This document shows positions 39,201 to 52,074 of a stretch of DNA of 60,168 nt, piece after piece. The notes under the pieces are model-generated. The model was not told where the DNA came from. It worked only from the letters and a program-made list of their open reading frames with translations, and searched no databases. The stretch is from Catajapyx aquilonaris. Taxonomy: Eukaryota. The number at the start of each line of letters is the position of its first letter. The stretch's first letter is position 1. The stretch is from the NCBI GenBank assembly GCA_000934665.2, contig KZ538590.1, forward strand, positions 1-60,168, read 5' to 3'. The position numbers were made by a program, and so were the translations under genes.

Positions 39201-42200
39201 AACAGTTCATACAAGATGATGCCAAAAGAGTAGACATCCCCTTTTTGGGTTCCTCGACCCACTCTAGACTGCAGGCATGAGAACCCAACCCTAAGTAATT
39301 CAGGTGCACGCCAGAGCAAGTGATGCTCCTGCCTTCGGAGAACATCTTCAGATGGTCCATCCTCATCATCAGCATTTGACAGAGCTGTGAATTGAAGCAA
39401 CTGCAATGTCCATCCTTTGAGGTGACAGTAGGCTACTTGGTGATGATTACCTTTGAACTCGTGGAGTCCATAGTCAGCCACTTGCAACACCCACCTGGAG
39501 TCTACCAAGCAATTAGATGAAGTGAGGTTTCCATGTGACTGCAGCTCTGAGTCATGTAGATATATCATGCCTCTGAGAAGGTCCGCAATAAGGGAGGCCA
39601 CAAACATGTTGTCTAGACGCAGATCACGATTGGACAGCACATCCTGAAGGCTGCCACGGGCGCAGAAGCCAGTCAAGATGAACACATTTCCTGGATCCAC
39701 ACTCACACCCATGAATGGTACCAAATTCTCATGACGAAGCTCACGCATCTGACTCAAACACAATAGGTAATTACATGCACTCTTAAGTTGGCCTGATTGG
39801 TTCATGCATCAGCATGTAGGACTACTAACCTGATGGAGTTCCCGACGCACTGCACTTGTAAGGTCAACAGTCTTCTTGGGGATTGGTTTGAGGACCACAA
39901 TTGATCCCTTGTAAGCTGCCATCCTCAGTGAGGTGTTTTGAGGAGGAGGCGGTGAAGAAGCAGAAGAGCAAGGAGGAGAGGGCAGCAGCACAAGATGCCT
40001 TGGATCCACCTTCCAGAGAAGGCTCTGTAGGCGCCTTTGAGATCGTAACCGCCTTAGTAGAAGCGCCAGTCCTAGGATAGCTGCTGACGCTGTCCCGAGC
40101 AGCAGTGCCCCACCAACCAGAGCCCATCTCCAGTCCACTACCATCATCGGATGGTGTCCATCTCCAGACATCCCGTCGTGCCCTGTTCCTTTCTTCTGGC
40201 ACAGCTCATTTTGGAACCCACAGGGTGGTCGAGAGGCTGGAGGATGGCCACCCAGCCACCAGAAGGGCCTCTGTGGGTTCAGCAGGCGGAATTCTGGCAG
40301 CTGGTGGGATGCCCATCGGAAGTATCCCACAGGCTGCATGCGGACACCCAGATCCATCGGCCCTCCATCATTCATCCAGCTCTGGTTGCCCCCATCACCT
40401 CCCATCCATGGACCATCCTGCTCATCCTTCTGAAGGCCCACCACTGAATAGTTCCCCTCCGCATCCGCAGCATCATCCATGGCCACCTGTATTTATTATA
40501 CAGCACTGTATCATGCTAACCTTTCAAAAGTTGTCATCCTGAGTAGTATGCAACTGCACCCTTGTATCACAGGGAGTATGACCTGCAGGCGCACATGACA
40601 TCCTTGATGCTTGATAACAACGTTATCATTTAGCTACTTTGATAACCTACTTACACACACTATAGTAACACATACATCATATCCAAGGATGGAGCGATAG
40701 GTCCTGTTCCTCATCATTTCCAGAACAGCGGTACCATTCCTTTGATTCCCTCCAGTGCTCAGCACTTCTGTGAGAGCGTGTGCGTACAGTAGGACTGCGT
40801 CGTACATGTGCGCTGCCAGGATAGGCACCTGGAGGCTCCAAAAGACTAGCTCCTGGAAGGGAAGGCAGAAGGGGGCCTCCAGGGAGCGCTGCTTGATCAG
40901 CTTGGTTAGGTTGGCGTAGTTGCTGTCACGGGGGTATCCGGAGGTCAGCTTCAGCACAGCGCGGAATGCCTGTGCTTGCGAGCGGGCCTCCTCGCGATGC
41001 AGACGTTCGGCACGGTACATGTCCTCCGCTTCTTCGTGGTCATCTTTGTCCAAAATATGCTGATAATCATCCTCGTCCTCGTCCTCTTGTCGTTTTTCCT
41101 CCTCATTATCACCATCCTGCTCCTCTTGACTCGGTTGCCGGTGACCTTTGCAAGTGTACCGGCGCTTCTCCGCTCTCAGGTACGGATCCCAGTACTCTGT
41201 AGAGACACAAAGCCGTATAACTTACCAGGAACAATCGAGTGCATGTAGAGTGTAGCACTTACCGCGGTCAAAGAGGTGCCAGGCTGCGTCGGGTCGATCA
41301 GGATCGTAGACTTGGTCATCCAAGGAGATGATAACGTAGTCGCCTTTGGACAGCAGCCCCAAGGAGTTCATGCATCTGACCAGATCCACCAAGGCGCCGT
41401 GCTCACCCACGAACACGTAGACTCGGGTGAGGAAGTAGGACTTGAGTATCAGGTCCTCTAGCTGATTTGCATGCTCCGGGAGGTAGTCGCCAGGCAGGGG
41501 GTACACATCCGTCACTCGGATTTTGTGCTCTTCGAACAGCTCCTAGAAAATTGTTTCCAATATTGGTTTCGCGATTGGAATGTCGTGTATATCAGTGGCG
41601 TCGCTATAAGGCAGGTGCGGGGGGTGCGGACCGCACCAGGTGCCACCCACAAAGGGGGTGACACCCAAGTGATGTGTGAAATTTTTGGGAACCCTTGAGA
41701 GAATGTATGCTTTCTTTGCGGCTTCCACACATCGATGGAAACTACGGAAATAATTTAAAGGTGTACGAGGTGTGATCAAAAAGTTCCTGGACTGTCGATA
41801 TACCGTGAAATCCAGTGGAGGTACGAACTTGTGACGTTAGGGGGCGCTAGGTACACCTTTCATCTATTAGTCTGAAAAATTTCGCCTTCATAGGTGCACA
41901 TGTTTCCGAGTTTCGGCAGTTTTCTTGACACCGTGTTCTTGTGCTTCTGCGATTTTTCGAAATCGCTTATGTTAGGGAGCAAAGGATTTGTAAATTTTGA
42001 TTCCAGCTCAACGAAACTTCGGATGCAACCAACCGAATGCTGAACAAGGCTTTTGATGAGCAAGTTGTAAGACAAGCAATAACATATGAGTGGGTTAACA
42101 CTCAACAGCTTCGAAGGTGGCGCGTCAAGTTTGCAGCACAATCAACTCAATGCTGATCATTTTCTTTGACATTTTAGGAATTATGCATATGGAGTTTCTC

Positions 42201-45200
42201 CCTCCTGGTAAAACTGTCAACGGCAAGTATTAGGGCCTACTGGGATGGTTTGAGACGATTTAGGCTCAAATGGCCGGAGATGTGGAAGAACATATAGACT
42301 GGTTGCTGCACCATGACAATGCCGCCTGCACACACCTCACGCGTAGTCAGGGACTTCCTGATAAAAAATAACATGATCACTGTTCCCCACCCTGCATATT
42401 AGGTTGTCCTGGCCAAGGGGGTACTAACTTCGGTACTCCGGTGTACAGTCGGTTAAAGGAGTATGTTACCAGACCCCTAACCTAGAAATTAGCCTCCAAC
42501 AGAGGTGCTGCCTAGGGGAGTGAGATTTATTGTATCAGGGGGAAGCAGCACCTCTGTTCTTCCCCCTGATACAATAAATCTCACTCCCCTAGGCAGCACC
42601 TCTGTTGGAGGCTAATTTCTAGGTTAGGGGTCTGGTAACGTACTCCTTTAGCCGACTGTACACCTGCAGTGGTACTCTTTGGTACTCCCTGGTGCTCCTA
42701 GACAATAAACAAATATGCCTCTAACTTCGGGAGCTTCTCCCTCTCGTGTCGCCATCTTGGCCAGAGATGTCGGCTGCATTTTTTTAAATTTTTTAATGAC
42801 TCTCAATAAGTAAAAGAATGCGATAATTTGTGTTTCAGTATATCCTTAAAAAATATTCGTGTACCAAAAAAAGACCTGTTATGATTTCTTTTCATGTGGT
42901 ATTTAAAAAAATTGTGGTATAAAAATTTCCCTGGTATAAAAATTCCCGTGGTATAAAAATATCCATGCTATGAAAATTCACGTGGTATAAAAATATGTGC
43001 TCTGCAGAGAAGGGGGGCCACAGCCGCTTCCTTCCGTCCTTATCCTATCCCAAAAAGCAAATAAAATAAAAGCAAAGAGTTCCAGTCAAAACAAAAATTT
43101 CCCCCCTAAAGAGCCGCCGGCTGATAACGGGGTATGAATTATTATTAATTATTATTACTGTTGCCCAATTTTTTTGGTGCTTCCAAAAATGGGACATTCG
43201 CTGGAATTGTTGTATACGTGCCCCAGGTGACTACTTGCTACTTTGAAGGTGGCAAATGTTAATGTTTTCATGAACACAGTCCGGGAACTTTTCGATCACA
43301 CCTCGTACACTTTTAAATCGTTTTGTTCTTTTCATGACAACTATCCACATGGCAATCAATGATAATTATACATGAGCGCTTCATTAGTACTAAAAAATAA
43401 CCAAGTATTCTGTACGGTCGGGCACGGGAGAGGGTCCTGGCCCTTGGGACAGGGGGGTGGAGAGGGGNGGGGGGGGTGTGACACCACGAGTTGCCGCACC
43501 GGGTGACAACAACACTAGCGACGCCACTGGTGTATATCTTGTGGCGGTTACCATAAGCGCCTCCTGGATTTGCAGCCAGGCAGGTCTCTGTCCTACCACC
43601 AAGACCAACTCGTCCCAAGAGAAGGACTTCAGCAGGGACACTACTGACTTGCACACTTTGGACGAAGGCGGCAGAGTCCTGGCCAGCGTCCAATATGTAC
43701 TCTTGTCGGACACCTTTGGGTCGGCGCAGTTCTGTAACATATTCATTAGGTAATTGCCTGTGCACTCTGCACTTGCCATACTTGTAGACTATAGATATCA
43801 TGCTGAGGGTCATTACCAACTCGTAAGGATTTGTGAATGTACTGTAATTTTTAATGGCCAATGAAATCCGAAGGTCACGTTATAATAAAGGTCGGGATCA
43901 AATTGTGGCAATAAAGCACGTTTCGGAAGTGCAAGTGACAATAATTACTGTGGGAGGAGGACTTAATTAATTTCTATGGCTTTCCTGATTGCATGATTGT
44001 ATAGTGCACGCTAATAAGACCGTGGGTTGGATGAGTCGTTGGCCCTGTACAATACGGTTAATTATAGTCGTCGACTGCTACGATTTTCTGCAGGGCATGT
44101 GATTTTGCCATATTGGTAAACAACTTGTGACTAGAAGCTAGACCTTCACAGTGTCCTTCAATGGGGTATTCATCAATCTGCAGGCAGATTTTACGGCCTG
44201 TTTTGTTTATGCCCACCGATATGGTTCCTGGTGTCATTATTCATTCCTATTGATTGCTCCATTCCTTTCGCTTTGATATTGGCCTATACAGCACTTACTT
44301 AGCGCATAACTTGTTAAGTGGACATTCATACTAAAACATCGTCTCCTGATACTGATACATGCTGGATCGAATAATGGACCTGCCGCAATATTCAACTGCG
44401 CAGTCAATGTTTATAGACTGATTTTTCTAGCGAGAAGAGCTGTCCCTGAAAATATAATGTACTCTATATGGGCTCTTACATCCCGAAGTGGATATTAGGT
44501 GTCAAGGCGGGTGTGGCCGCACTACATTAGTCATTGTCGGGTTTTAGTAGCCCAGATATCTCATCATGGTGTTCTGCTGGGGAGGGTATGGCTGTATAAG
44601 GGAGGGGGCTGTTGACTTAATGTCGCCAGTGCAGACACTCGGACATGGAGCATACAACTGTTCTGGGATTGTGTAACTTCTCCTAATCACCTTGACTCCG
44701 GTTACTGCCTCATATAGTTGGAAGCTGCGTACCACGTGACGGTCCATTTTGGGGAAGCCCGTACGGATTGCCCCCCAAAACAATTAGCCTATTTTCCGTC
44801 GCTATAAATACACATTTACTTGGTATATGATTCGGGCATGTAATGAGATGCTTGCGGAGCCTTGCTCACACCCTCCACATTATCTCCTGGCCACCGTGAT
44901 CCCTGAAGCGTCGCTTAGTGACCAATAAGGCTCGCATCCGACGATGCGAGTCTAGTGTCGCCGAGAGACTCATTGACGGTTGGCTAAAATGTCCTCCTGG
45001 GACTGAATGAATCAAGGTGGCCAGAAGCATGGAGGAGCCCAATAGTAACCTACGTAGGATATGATGGGCAGATTCCATGCTGCTGCCAAGAGTGCTTCGG
45101 CATGGCAAGTGTCATCTGGTCCCAGGAAAGCAGCTGCTCCTTGGTCCCTGAGGCGGGTCATGGCCCTCAGGGGAAGGGGCGCCAGGGAGTGTCGGTCGGA

Positions 45201-45623
45201 GTAGGCGCCCACGTCCGCAGCCAGGAATCTGAGTGTCCGGCCTGGAAGCAAGGTCTGGTCGTCGTTGACCGCTTGGACGGCCAGGGGGACAGCACCAAGA
45301 GCCAGCTGGTGCTTGACCCAGGAGGCCAGAAACCCCAAAACGACCTCTTTCTCATCGTCGTTTCCTATCGATGCATCGTGTTCCCCCCTTTGTTTTTGCT
45401 CCTCCTTGGTGGTCGACGAGGGGCTCAAGTAGTCCTCCTGCTCAGATCCTACTCCGCCGCACTTGTCGCTCTTCCGCCCCATGCCCATCATGATATGCTG
45501 CAATGCTCCTGGGCCCATTTCAAAGTTTTGGGGTTGGGCTGCTGTTTCTTGCACGCCCGATCCGACATGCATACATGCAACAGCTACCAGAAGTGACACG
45601 ATCAATGCCATCATGTCTACCAT
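36272..45623 (-). CDS. Receptor-type (transmembrane) guanylate cyclase, 10 coding exons
   Basis: Exons 45623-45054, 43731-43552, 41542-41263, 41196-40676, 40486-39830, 39748-39451, 39384-39157, 38410-38221, 37450-36942, 36792-36272. Signal peptide, ANF-receptor ectodomain (AWNLPIISY), TM helix, kinase-homology domain ([15 protein letters not shown]), cyclase with GTP-specifying YKVETIGD and MPRYCLFGD. Subfamily not assigned. Confidence 0.95.
38785..39036. mobile_element. MITE with 4-bp TSD in guanylate cyclase intron
   Basis: TIRs CTGGAGCCTCATGTAAAAACCATGTA / TACATGGTTTTTACATGAGGCTCCAG. TGGT at 38781-38784 and 39037-39040. Confidence 0.85.
42446..42658. mobile_element. Young foldback MITE (TA TSD, CAGTCG ends)
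   Basis: Near-perfect ~100-bp inverted arms separated by a 13-nt spacer (42546-42558). TA on both sides. Confidence 0.9.
42895..42998. repeat. Minisatellite, ~18-bp unit GTGGTATAAAAATTCCC, about 6 copies
   Basis: Tandem degenerate copies visible directly. Followed by a SINE-tail fragment (GGCCACAGCCGCTTCCTTCC, ~43015) shared with the SINE at 49471-49706. Confidence 0.75.
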
Positions 45624-47557
45624 TGCAATATTTCTGAAAAGTTACAGGCATTTATTTAAAACATAATGGTTTATTGAAACCAAAAAATAAAATCGTCACT
45701 GAGAGGGGAATAACCACAATGAAGAATGGTAATAATAAAAATAGTTTTTGCAATGACCCGCCTTAATAATTTTGTTGTGCATAGATTGTGGCTTTTATTT
45801 TATATTAAGCCAGATGGAATTTTTATAAGTCTAGTTTACTAACTGTAAACTCGTTAACATTGCGAGTTTTAAAAAAACATGTCTATAATACTGTATATAG
45901 CAATCCATAAAAACTCCATGAAACAAGTGCACTGTCTGAATTATAGCAAAGTTAATCGTTAGACATCCATTGGCTGCATGGGAATGAAAAAATGATTCAG
46001 TGTGATGGTTATTGTACAGTACTCAAGTTATTTGTGTCTATATGAGTAATTCGCCTTCCAGTAAATTGTGGCCTAAAATATGCAACTATCGGTCATTGCT
46101 ACCAAATTCTTTTCTCCGGAACTTGACCTCCAAGTTGAGCCACACCTTCCAAAAATGCAATCCTTTCCTTGGCCTTCCCAGCTTAGACCCATGCCCTGTG
46201 GTTACAGGCAAAACCCGGGGTTGCTGACCTAATCACTAGTTTAGAGGACTAGTTTTGAATTCCTTTGTTGGGCCTACCTGCTGGTCCCTTTTGTTGCAAT
46301 GAGATCTGATGTATTGTGTCATCACTCAAGTGGTGCTGGACCTGACGGGGACTGCGGCTTCCAGCACGCCACACAAAGTCTGGATGCTGACTATAAAATG
46401 CGGGGTATATCCGGAGCCAACTGCAGGCGGCGTCCATGCGTCGACTCCGTAACCCTCACCCCATCAGTACCTCTCTTCTTCCAGTATAGTGCACTATAAT
46501 CTAAGTTACACAGAACATGAAAATTCTGGATTAATTTCTGTTTATACCATAAACGGAATTATTGGCTCAGTTGATATTAAAATTGTACATCCACTGGTGC
46601 AGTGTTGTCCTAGCCTTCATTGCTTTGTACAGAGGAACTTCTCACATAGCGAAAGTTTAATACGTCTTGAGGTCTATTTTTTGGGGGTTAGTCCATCAGT
46701 GAAAACGCCGTCAACACTACATGTATAATGTAAACACGTCATTAAAATGAGCATACGTAGACTATAGGCAGGAACTGTCGGAAAGCTTTATTGTCGCCTT
46801 CTCGCCGTCACAGTAATCGAATAAGTTTTATGATGTGCTCTTTTCGGAATAATATTGACGGGTCGCATGGGAAACCAGCAGACTCGAAGTTCAGACGGAA
46901 ATGAAAAGGGAAAAAAGAGAAGCCTTTTATGTTGTCGAACACCAGAAACGAGACTGAAGCTAATTCGCCCCATTCTGTTTCTTTTCATTTCACTGATTTC
47001 ATTATTTCTCCTAGCATTGGCGACACCCCAGTAACTCACTTTATGTTTGGCATTTAACTGACAGGATATCAGATGGCTTCTTTTTGCGCATATGTTTCCC
47101 TACGTGTCAACCATCCTCTTTCCCCTTTTGTGGATTTGATAGTTTTGCCCCTGGGGGACCGGGATTTAGGCGACCTAAGTAGAAAAGGCTATTTGGAGTT
47201 GGCCCTCGGCTGGTATCTCCCACCTGCAGACGTGCACTTATGTTGTCAGAATTAGATGTGGTGGAGGAGGAGCAGGGGTGATCCGAAGCTGGTCATTGCC
47301 CTTGTCGGGAAGGTGTACTGGTGACCTGGGGCACGGACATTTTTGGTGTCCCAGAGAGTGCTTGTACTTAAAATAGGCGTAAAATCCCGAGGACTATGGA
47401 AAGACCAGGAGGGTTAGGCTCTCCCTGATTGGTCGGTCGACAGCCTTCATATAGCAGTGTGGAGTGAACTTGGCCACCACTCTTTCTCCAGCAGTCACTT
47501 TGTTGAAGAAGCACTCGTTTGCTCCTGTCCGATAACCCTTGCCACGAGAATATAGCC

Positions 47558-48287
47558 ATGACCGGACAGCGAGGATACGCCTCATCTGCAGCCTCCGCCA
47601 GCAGCAACAACCTGGGCGTGCAGAAGGGCATGAGCATGGGGGTCAACGTCGGAGCCAACGCCTTCGCTGATGGCGGTATGACCGGAGGAGCCCTTTCCAG
47701 CCCCTGGATGGCGACCGTGGGCCAGTGGCTCACCAGTCCTCTGGTTCTGGCCGGTACTGGCGTGGGCATCCTCGTCCTTCTGGTGCTGGCTATCCGTTCC
47801 TGGTGGAACAGGGGCACCGTGGCCGAACCCTCTGGATTGTACCGTGTCCGTCGTGATACCCTCGACGCTGCTGCCCCTAAGCCCGCTGGACTAGCTGAGG
47901 AGCAGCTCTCTGCCTTGACCGCCACCGTCGTGGCTGCCATCGAGAGCCAGCAGTGCCTCCAGAGACTCGTCTGCGAGACCGGAGCCCTCGCCAGGCAGCA
48001 GAAGCTGGCACATTCACTCCTGAAGTAAGTACTCTTTCTATGGACCCTTCACCAACATTATCAGCTGCTTCAATGATAGACTGGAGCATACATCCTATTT
48101 GTGTGCATGAAGTGGCAGAGCAGCACCAGAGTCTAACACATTGCCTATTCTGTTATCCAGGGTTGTCCAGAAGGTGATTCCTGAGAATATGCGTTCCAGC
48201 ATGCAGCTGCTGGTCGCCTCTGCACAGGGGCACCTTAACTGCGGAGACTTCGCCTGTGGAAACCTTCCATCTCAACCCAAACACTAA
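47558..48287 (+). CDS. Small single-pass membrane protein with RVRR site and C-terminal CLQRLVCE/4-Cys module
   Basis: Exons 47558-48024 (GCCATG start, AA|gtaagt) and 48161-48287 (ccag|G ...HLNCGDFACG...KH*). GC3-rich codon usage. TM segment LVLAGTGVGILVLLVLAI. Confidence 0.8.
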
Positions 48288-49470
48288 GGATGAATACCAT
48301 TTCATATCTCCACCACTTCAAATTAATATTATACCGTTTTTTTGCACTGCACCGAATCCCTTCCCCTGGCATTTGCACCCATTTTTTGTACTTTTATAAT
48401 GAAACATTAAAAACAATTGAAAACAAATCAACTGAATTTGATTTATTTGTTACCCCATCATTAGAATTGTCTAAAAAAACTGCACTTTTTGCATTGCATT
48501 TTGTACTTAAGGAAAAAAAAAAAAACCCGCAGCAATCACTACAAGAACAAATGGCATATTATACTGTCTATAGGGCTCTAGATCGACTCATGGAATGAAA
48601 GTATGGAAAAATCATTACTATAGGTGGGTAATTTTGTGACTTTGCAGGAATATGGCAAAGACTACTCACATTCACGGAATAGTGTAAAATGTTTGTGGCA
48701 ATATGTTTATAGTACAGGAACTTCGGAATACTTTCCCTTCTGATATTCAATGCCGTATTCACAGTATTTTTTCCTGAGTTGACAAGAGTTGACCTTAGGA
48801 CATCTTTTTGATATCTCTTTTATTCAGCTTGAATGACATTCTTGGTGATTTGATGTTTTAAATAATAATTTACGAACCTTTTAAAAAACACTGTTACTAA
48901 TGTTGCATAAAACAAAAATACATTTTTCTTCTGTGGGAGGTATAGCATTGTGCATGAATATATGAATCAGCCAAAGGTGGACATCTTAGCCACCATAGTG
49001 ATTTTTAGTTGGGAGGTACAGGGGGGGGGGGGGTGCAAGATGTGCCAGATATCTACACAATAATTTAAAATATGCCTGAAAATTGGGGTTACCACAAGAA
49101 ATATTTTCAGGCCCTGAAGGCTCCCTGGAGCAGATACCAGGCCTAAGTTGACAATGATAGTAAACTATACCAGAGAGAGACATTGATTTTTTGAACTGTA
49201 GTGTTAACTATCATGTTATACAGGTTGATTCTCTCAAAACCAAACCCAAATATTCCTCAATAACTTTTTAATTATGTATCGTTCTCAATGAAAATCGACT
49301 TGTGCTTATCATGTATGATGGCAATCAAGGTCTGCCTGGAGAATATGCTGAAAATGGTCCCCTCCAGCATTAAAAAAAAAATTGAATGCATATATGCTAA
49401 TCAAGAAGTGGACTTATATAATTAGCACTTGTCAACTAATTATGAGAATCAACAAATTTTAGCATAGGCC

Positions 49471-49706
49471 AACTTTATAATTGATATTTAAGGAGGTTGG
49501 CCCAGCATTGCCTTTCAACCTCCAAGGATAGGGAAGGAAGGAAGCGGCTGTGGCCTATTATACGGAAGCGACCCCGGAATTATCCTAGAAAGACCGTGGA
49601 AAAACGCAGAAAACCACGGTCAAGGTTGCCGGCCCCGGGATTAGAACCCAGGACCTCCCGATTAGCAGTCGGACGCCTTATCCACTATGCCAACCTGCTT
49701 CGGTAC
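49471..49706 (-). mobile_element. tRNA-derived SINE
   Basis: Minus-strand A box TGGCATAGTGG and B box GGTTCTAATCC. 10-bp direct repeat AGCATAGGCC at 49461-49470 and 49707-49716. Confidence 0.85.
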
Positions 49707-50354
49707 AGCATAGGCCTACTGTCCCAGTATAATTAGCATCTCAAAAAACAGGAAGATAGTATCTCATCCAATGTAGCCTACCTATTTAGATTCAAAGGGA
49801 CATAAACAATACTTCAGAGATTTAAACACATTAATTTTTTATTATTATGAAATTACTGATTAGTTTTGCACAAAAGTGACTTCAAAAAGGCAATTTCAGA
49901 GAATGTTGAGCACTAAAATCATAATTACACATGATGCAATATCAGGTGTGAATACAATGCACATAAGACATAACATATGAATTAATGACATGAATAAATT
50001 GCAACCTGTGTACAAATACTACACTGTATGTAATAATTGTTTCTACAAAAAACGTGAGTTGTTAGGGGAGGATCCACATTTATATTTATGTTACACAATG
50101 CTCCATCCAGTATTAAACACACGCTGCAGTGATTACAAAATCTCAGGTCAGTGGATGCTGACTTTCCTGCTGTCATTGTTGTACAGTGCTGGACATTAAT
50201 CGCGTCGTACTGCTAGCGACATTTTCCGAAGCGGCAGAAGAACAAATCGAAGCAATGAATAGTGCAAGCCGTGCGAGCAAGATATGTTCTTCTGCTGCTT
50301 CGTAAAATGTTGCTAGCAGTTTCACACAATTAATGTCCAACACTGTACATGCTA

Positions 50355-51414
50355 CCGGCAATGTGTGAAATCCAGCATTATATAAATGCCTAAAATGGGC
50401 AGGCAAAGTATGAAATGCTTCTTATTTCATACATTGCCTAAGACATTTTACATAATGCCTAGGGGCAAACCGGCAAAGTAGAGAATGCTCTCGACCATGC
50501 TCAGGGACAAAGTTTGCACTACTTTCTCATATTGGGAGAACCCGCACTATTACATTGTATTTTCCTAGGCTTGTATCTGCTGAATGATAGGCGTGTATCA
50601 GCTAAAGATAGGTCTGTATCTGCAAGGAAGGAATATTAGGTTATGGGTTATGTTGGTACAGCGTGCCCTAGGGTTGATCAGACCACACCACTTGTAGCCC
50701 AAACTTTGTCCCTGGAGAGTGGCCGGGAGTAGGCTATTCTATACTTTGCCAGTTTGCCTTTCAGCATTCTATATAATACCTAGGCCAGGGATATTCAACT
50801 GGCGGACCCGGCGCACCGCAGTCCGGATCCGTACCGCGACATGATTTTGTCAGACCGCGACAATATACAGGTCAGTTTGAAATAGCACGATTAATGACTA
50901 ATTCATAATTTTTTGGAAAAAGTGCTACCAATTTCATCAAATACACACCCATCCAAATCTCCCACATCTCACCTAAGCTCCTCACCTCACCCCCAAAAAA
51001 TTTCGCCTGGGGCAGACTTGTTCCCCGCCCTATACGGCTTGTTCACCTTTTGCTTATGAAATGGCCCCCCTCCGAAATTCTTTTGCCTACGCGCCAGTAC
51101 AGGACACCATAAAGGGCGAAAATGTCTTAATATGCCCTGTCTTGATAGGCCCTCCTATCCTTGCTGCACATGTTTATATATTTTCGAATATGAACCCTGT
51201 GGTACCATATAAAATCTATATGTCTTTACCCGGGGGGGATCCAGACCTTCAATGGCCCAGGAAAGGTAAATACTGGGCCTTGTCAGAAATTAGTTGAATA
51301 CCCCTGACCTAGGCATTATACAAAATGCCTAGGCAAAGTATGAATAACACAGACATTTCATACTTTGCCTAAAACGCCAATTTTATGTAATGCCAGCATT
51401 TCACACATTGCCGG
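50355..51414. mobile_element. Non-autonomous TIR element (CCGGCAA ends) hosting a hAT MITE
   Basis: CCGGCAATGTGTGAAAT...GGCAAAGTATGAAATG versus CATTTCATACTTTGCC...ATTTCACACATTGCCGG. Internal inverted sub-repeats and a short TTAGG-like tract at ~50636. Confidence 0.8.
50786..51306. mobile_element. hAT-type MITE
   Basis: CAGGGATATTCAACT...AGTTGAATACCCCTG with perfect 8-bp TSD ACCTAGGC (50778-50785, 51307-51314). Confidence 0.9.
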
Positions 51415-51771
51415 TTGTTATTTGTACGTTAATCTCCCCCCCTGCCCATCTCTTCTCCTTTACCAGTAATTCACAGACTTGAGGCCTTCTGCCCAGCCAC
51501 ACAAACCCAGTTTTTGTTCGTCTAATTACATCTTAATGCATCTCTCTGCACTCACCACCATTAAACCAAATAACTTGATGAGGGCTCAGTTTTTAATTGT
51601 CTCAAACTGCCGCTAATTTAGGACTTGTTATAGGAACACAACAGAAAAATGTCCTTAGTATACTAATGCTTCATCAACTGTCCCATAATTTTCTTTGCTA
51701 CAACTGGGATTAAGTGCAATTGTTGTTGGCAAGTGAAAAATTCCCCATAAATATCTCGCACTCATGAAATA

Positions 51772-51931
51772 CCGTATTTACTCGAATCTAAGACTCACTT
51801 TTTCTCTTTAAAAAATACAGGGAAAAATTGGGTGTATCTTACAATGAGGCACAAAGCATTCTGTGTTTTCCAAAATTTGACTATGGGCTGTTACTTAGAT
51901 TTGGGGATGAGTTAGAGTTGAGTAAATATGG
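51772..51931. mobile_element. Short Tc2/pogo-type MITE
   Basis: TA|CCGTATTTACTCGAATCTAA ... TTAGAGTTGAGTAAATATGG|TA. Confidence 0.75.
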
Positions 51932-52074
51932 TACATAGCAATGTGGGCAATTTGGTAATAATAGCATTTGGGGGGGGGGGGGGGGGGGTNGGGGGGTGTT
52001 AGTGCACCGCCCTGATGGGCATCTGGCACAGCACCTTTATTTGCTTTTTGGAGATGTACAAGCATGGTCATTTG

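Larger units (their letters stand above)
41766..43305 (+). mobile_element. Decayed mariner transposon with internal insertions
   Basis: TA|CGAGGTGTGATCAAAAAGTTCC ... GGAACTTTTCGATCACACCTCG|TA. Transposase remnants on +: [27 protein letters not shown] (~42150), WLLHHDNA (~42300), PHPAY (~42385), [18 protein letters not shown] (~43190). Confidence 0.93.

Noticed and set aside
42895..42998. CRISPR-like array
   Set aside because: Tandem units without unique spacers in a eukaryotic intron; it is a minisatellite.
46392..46500. TATAAAA followed by a short CpG-rich stretch
   Set aside because: No convincing Inr, ORF or phase-compatible exon downstream.
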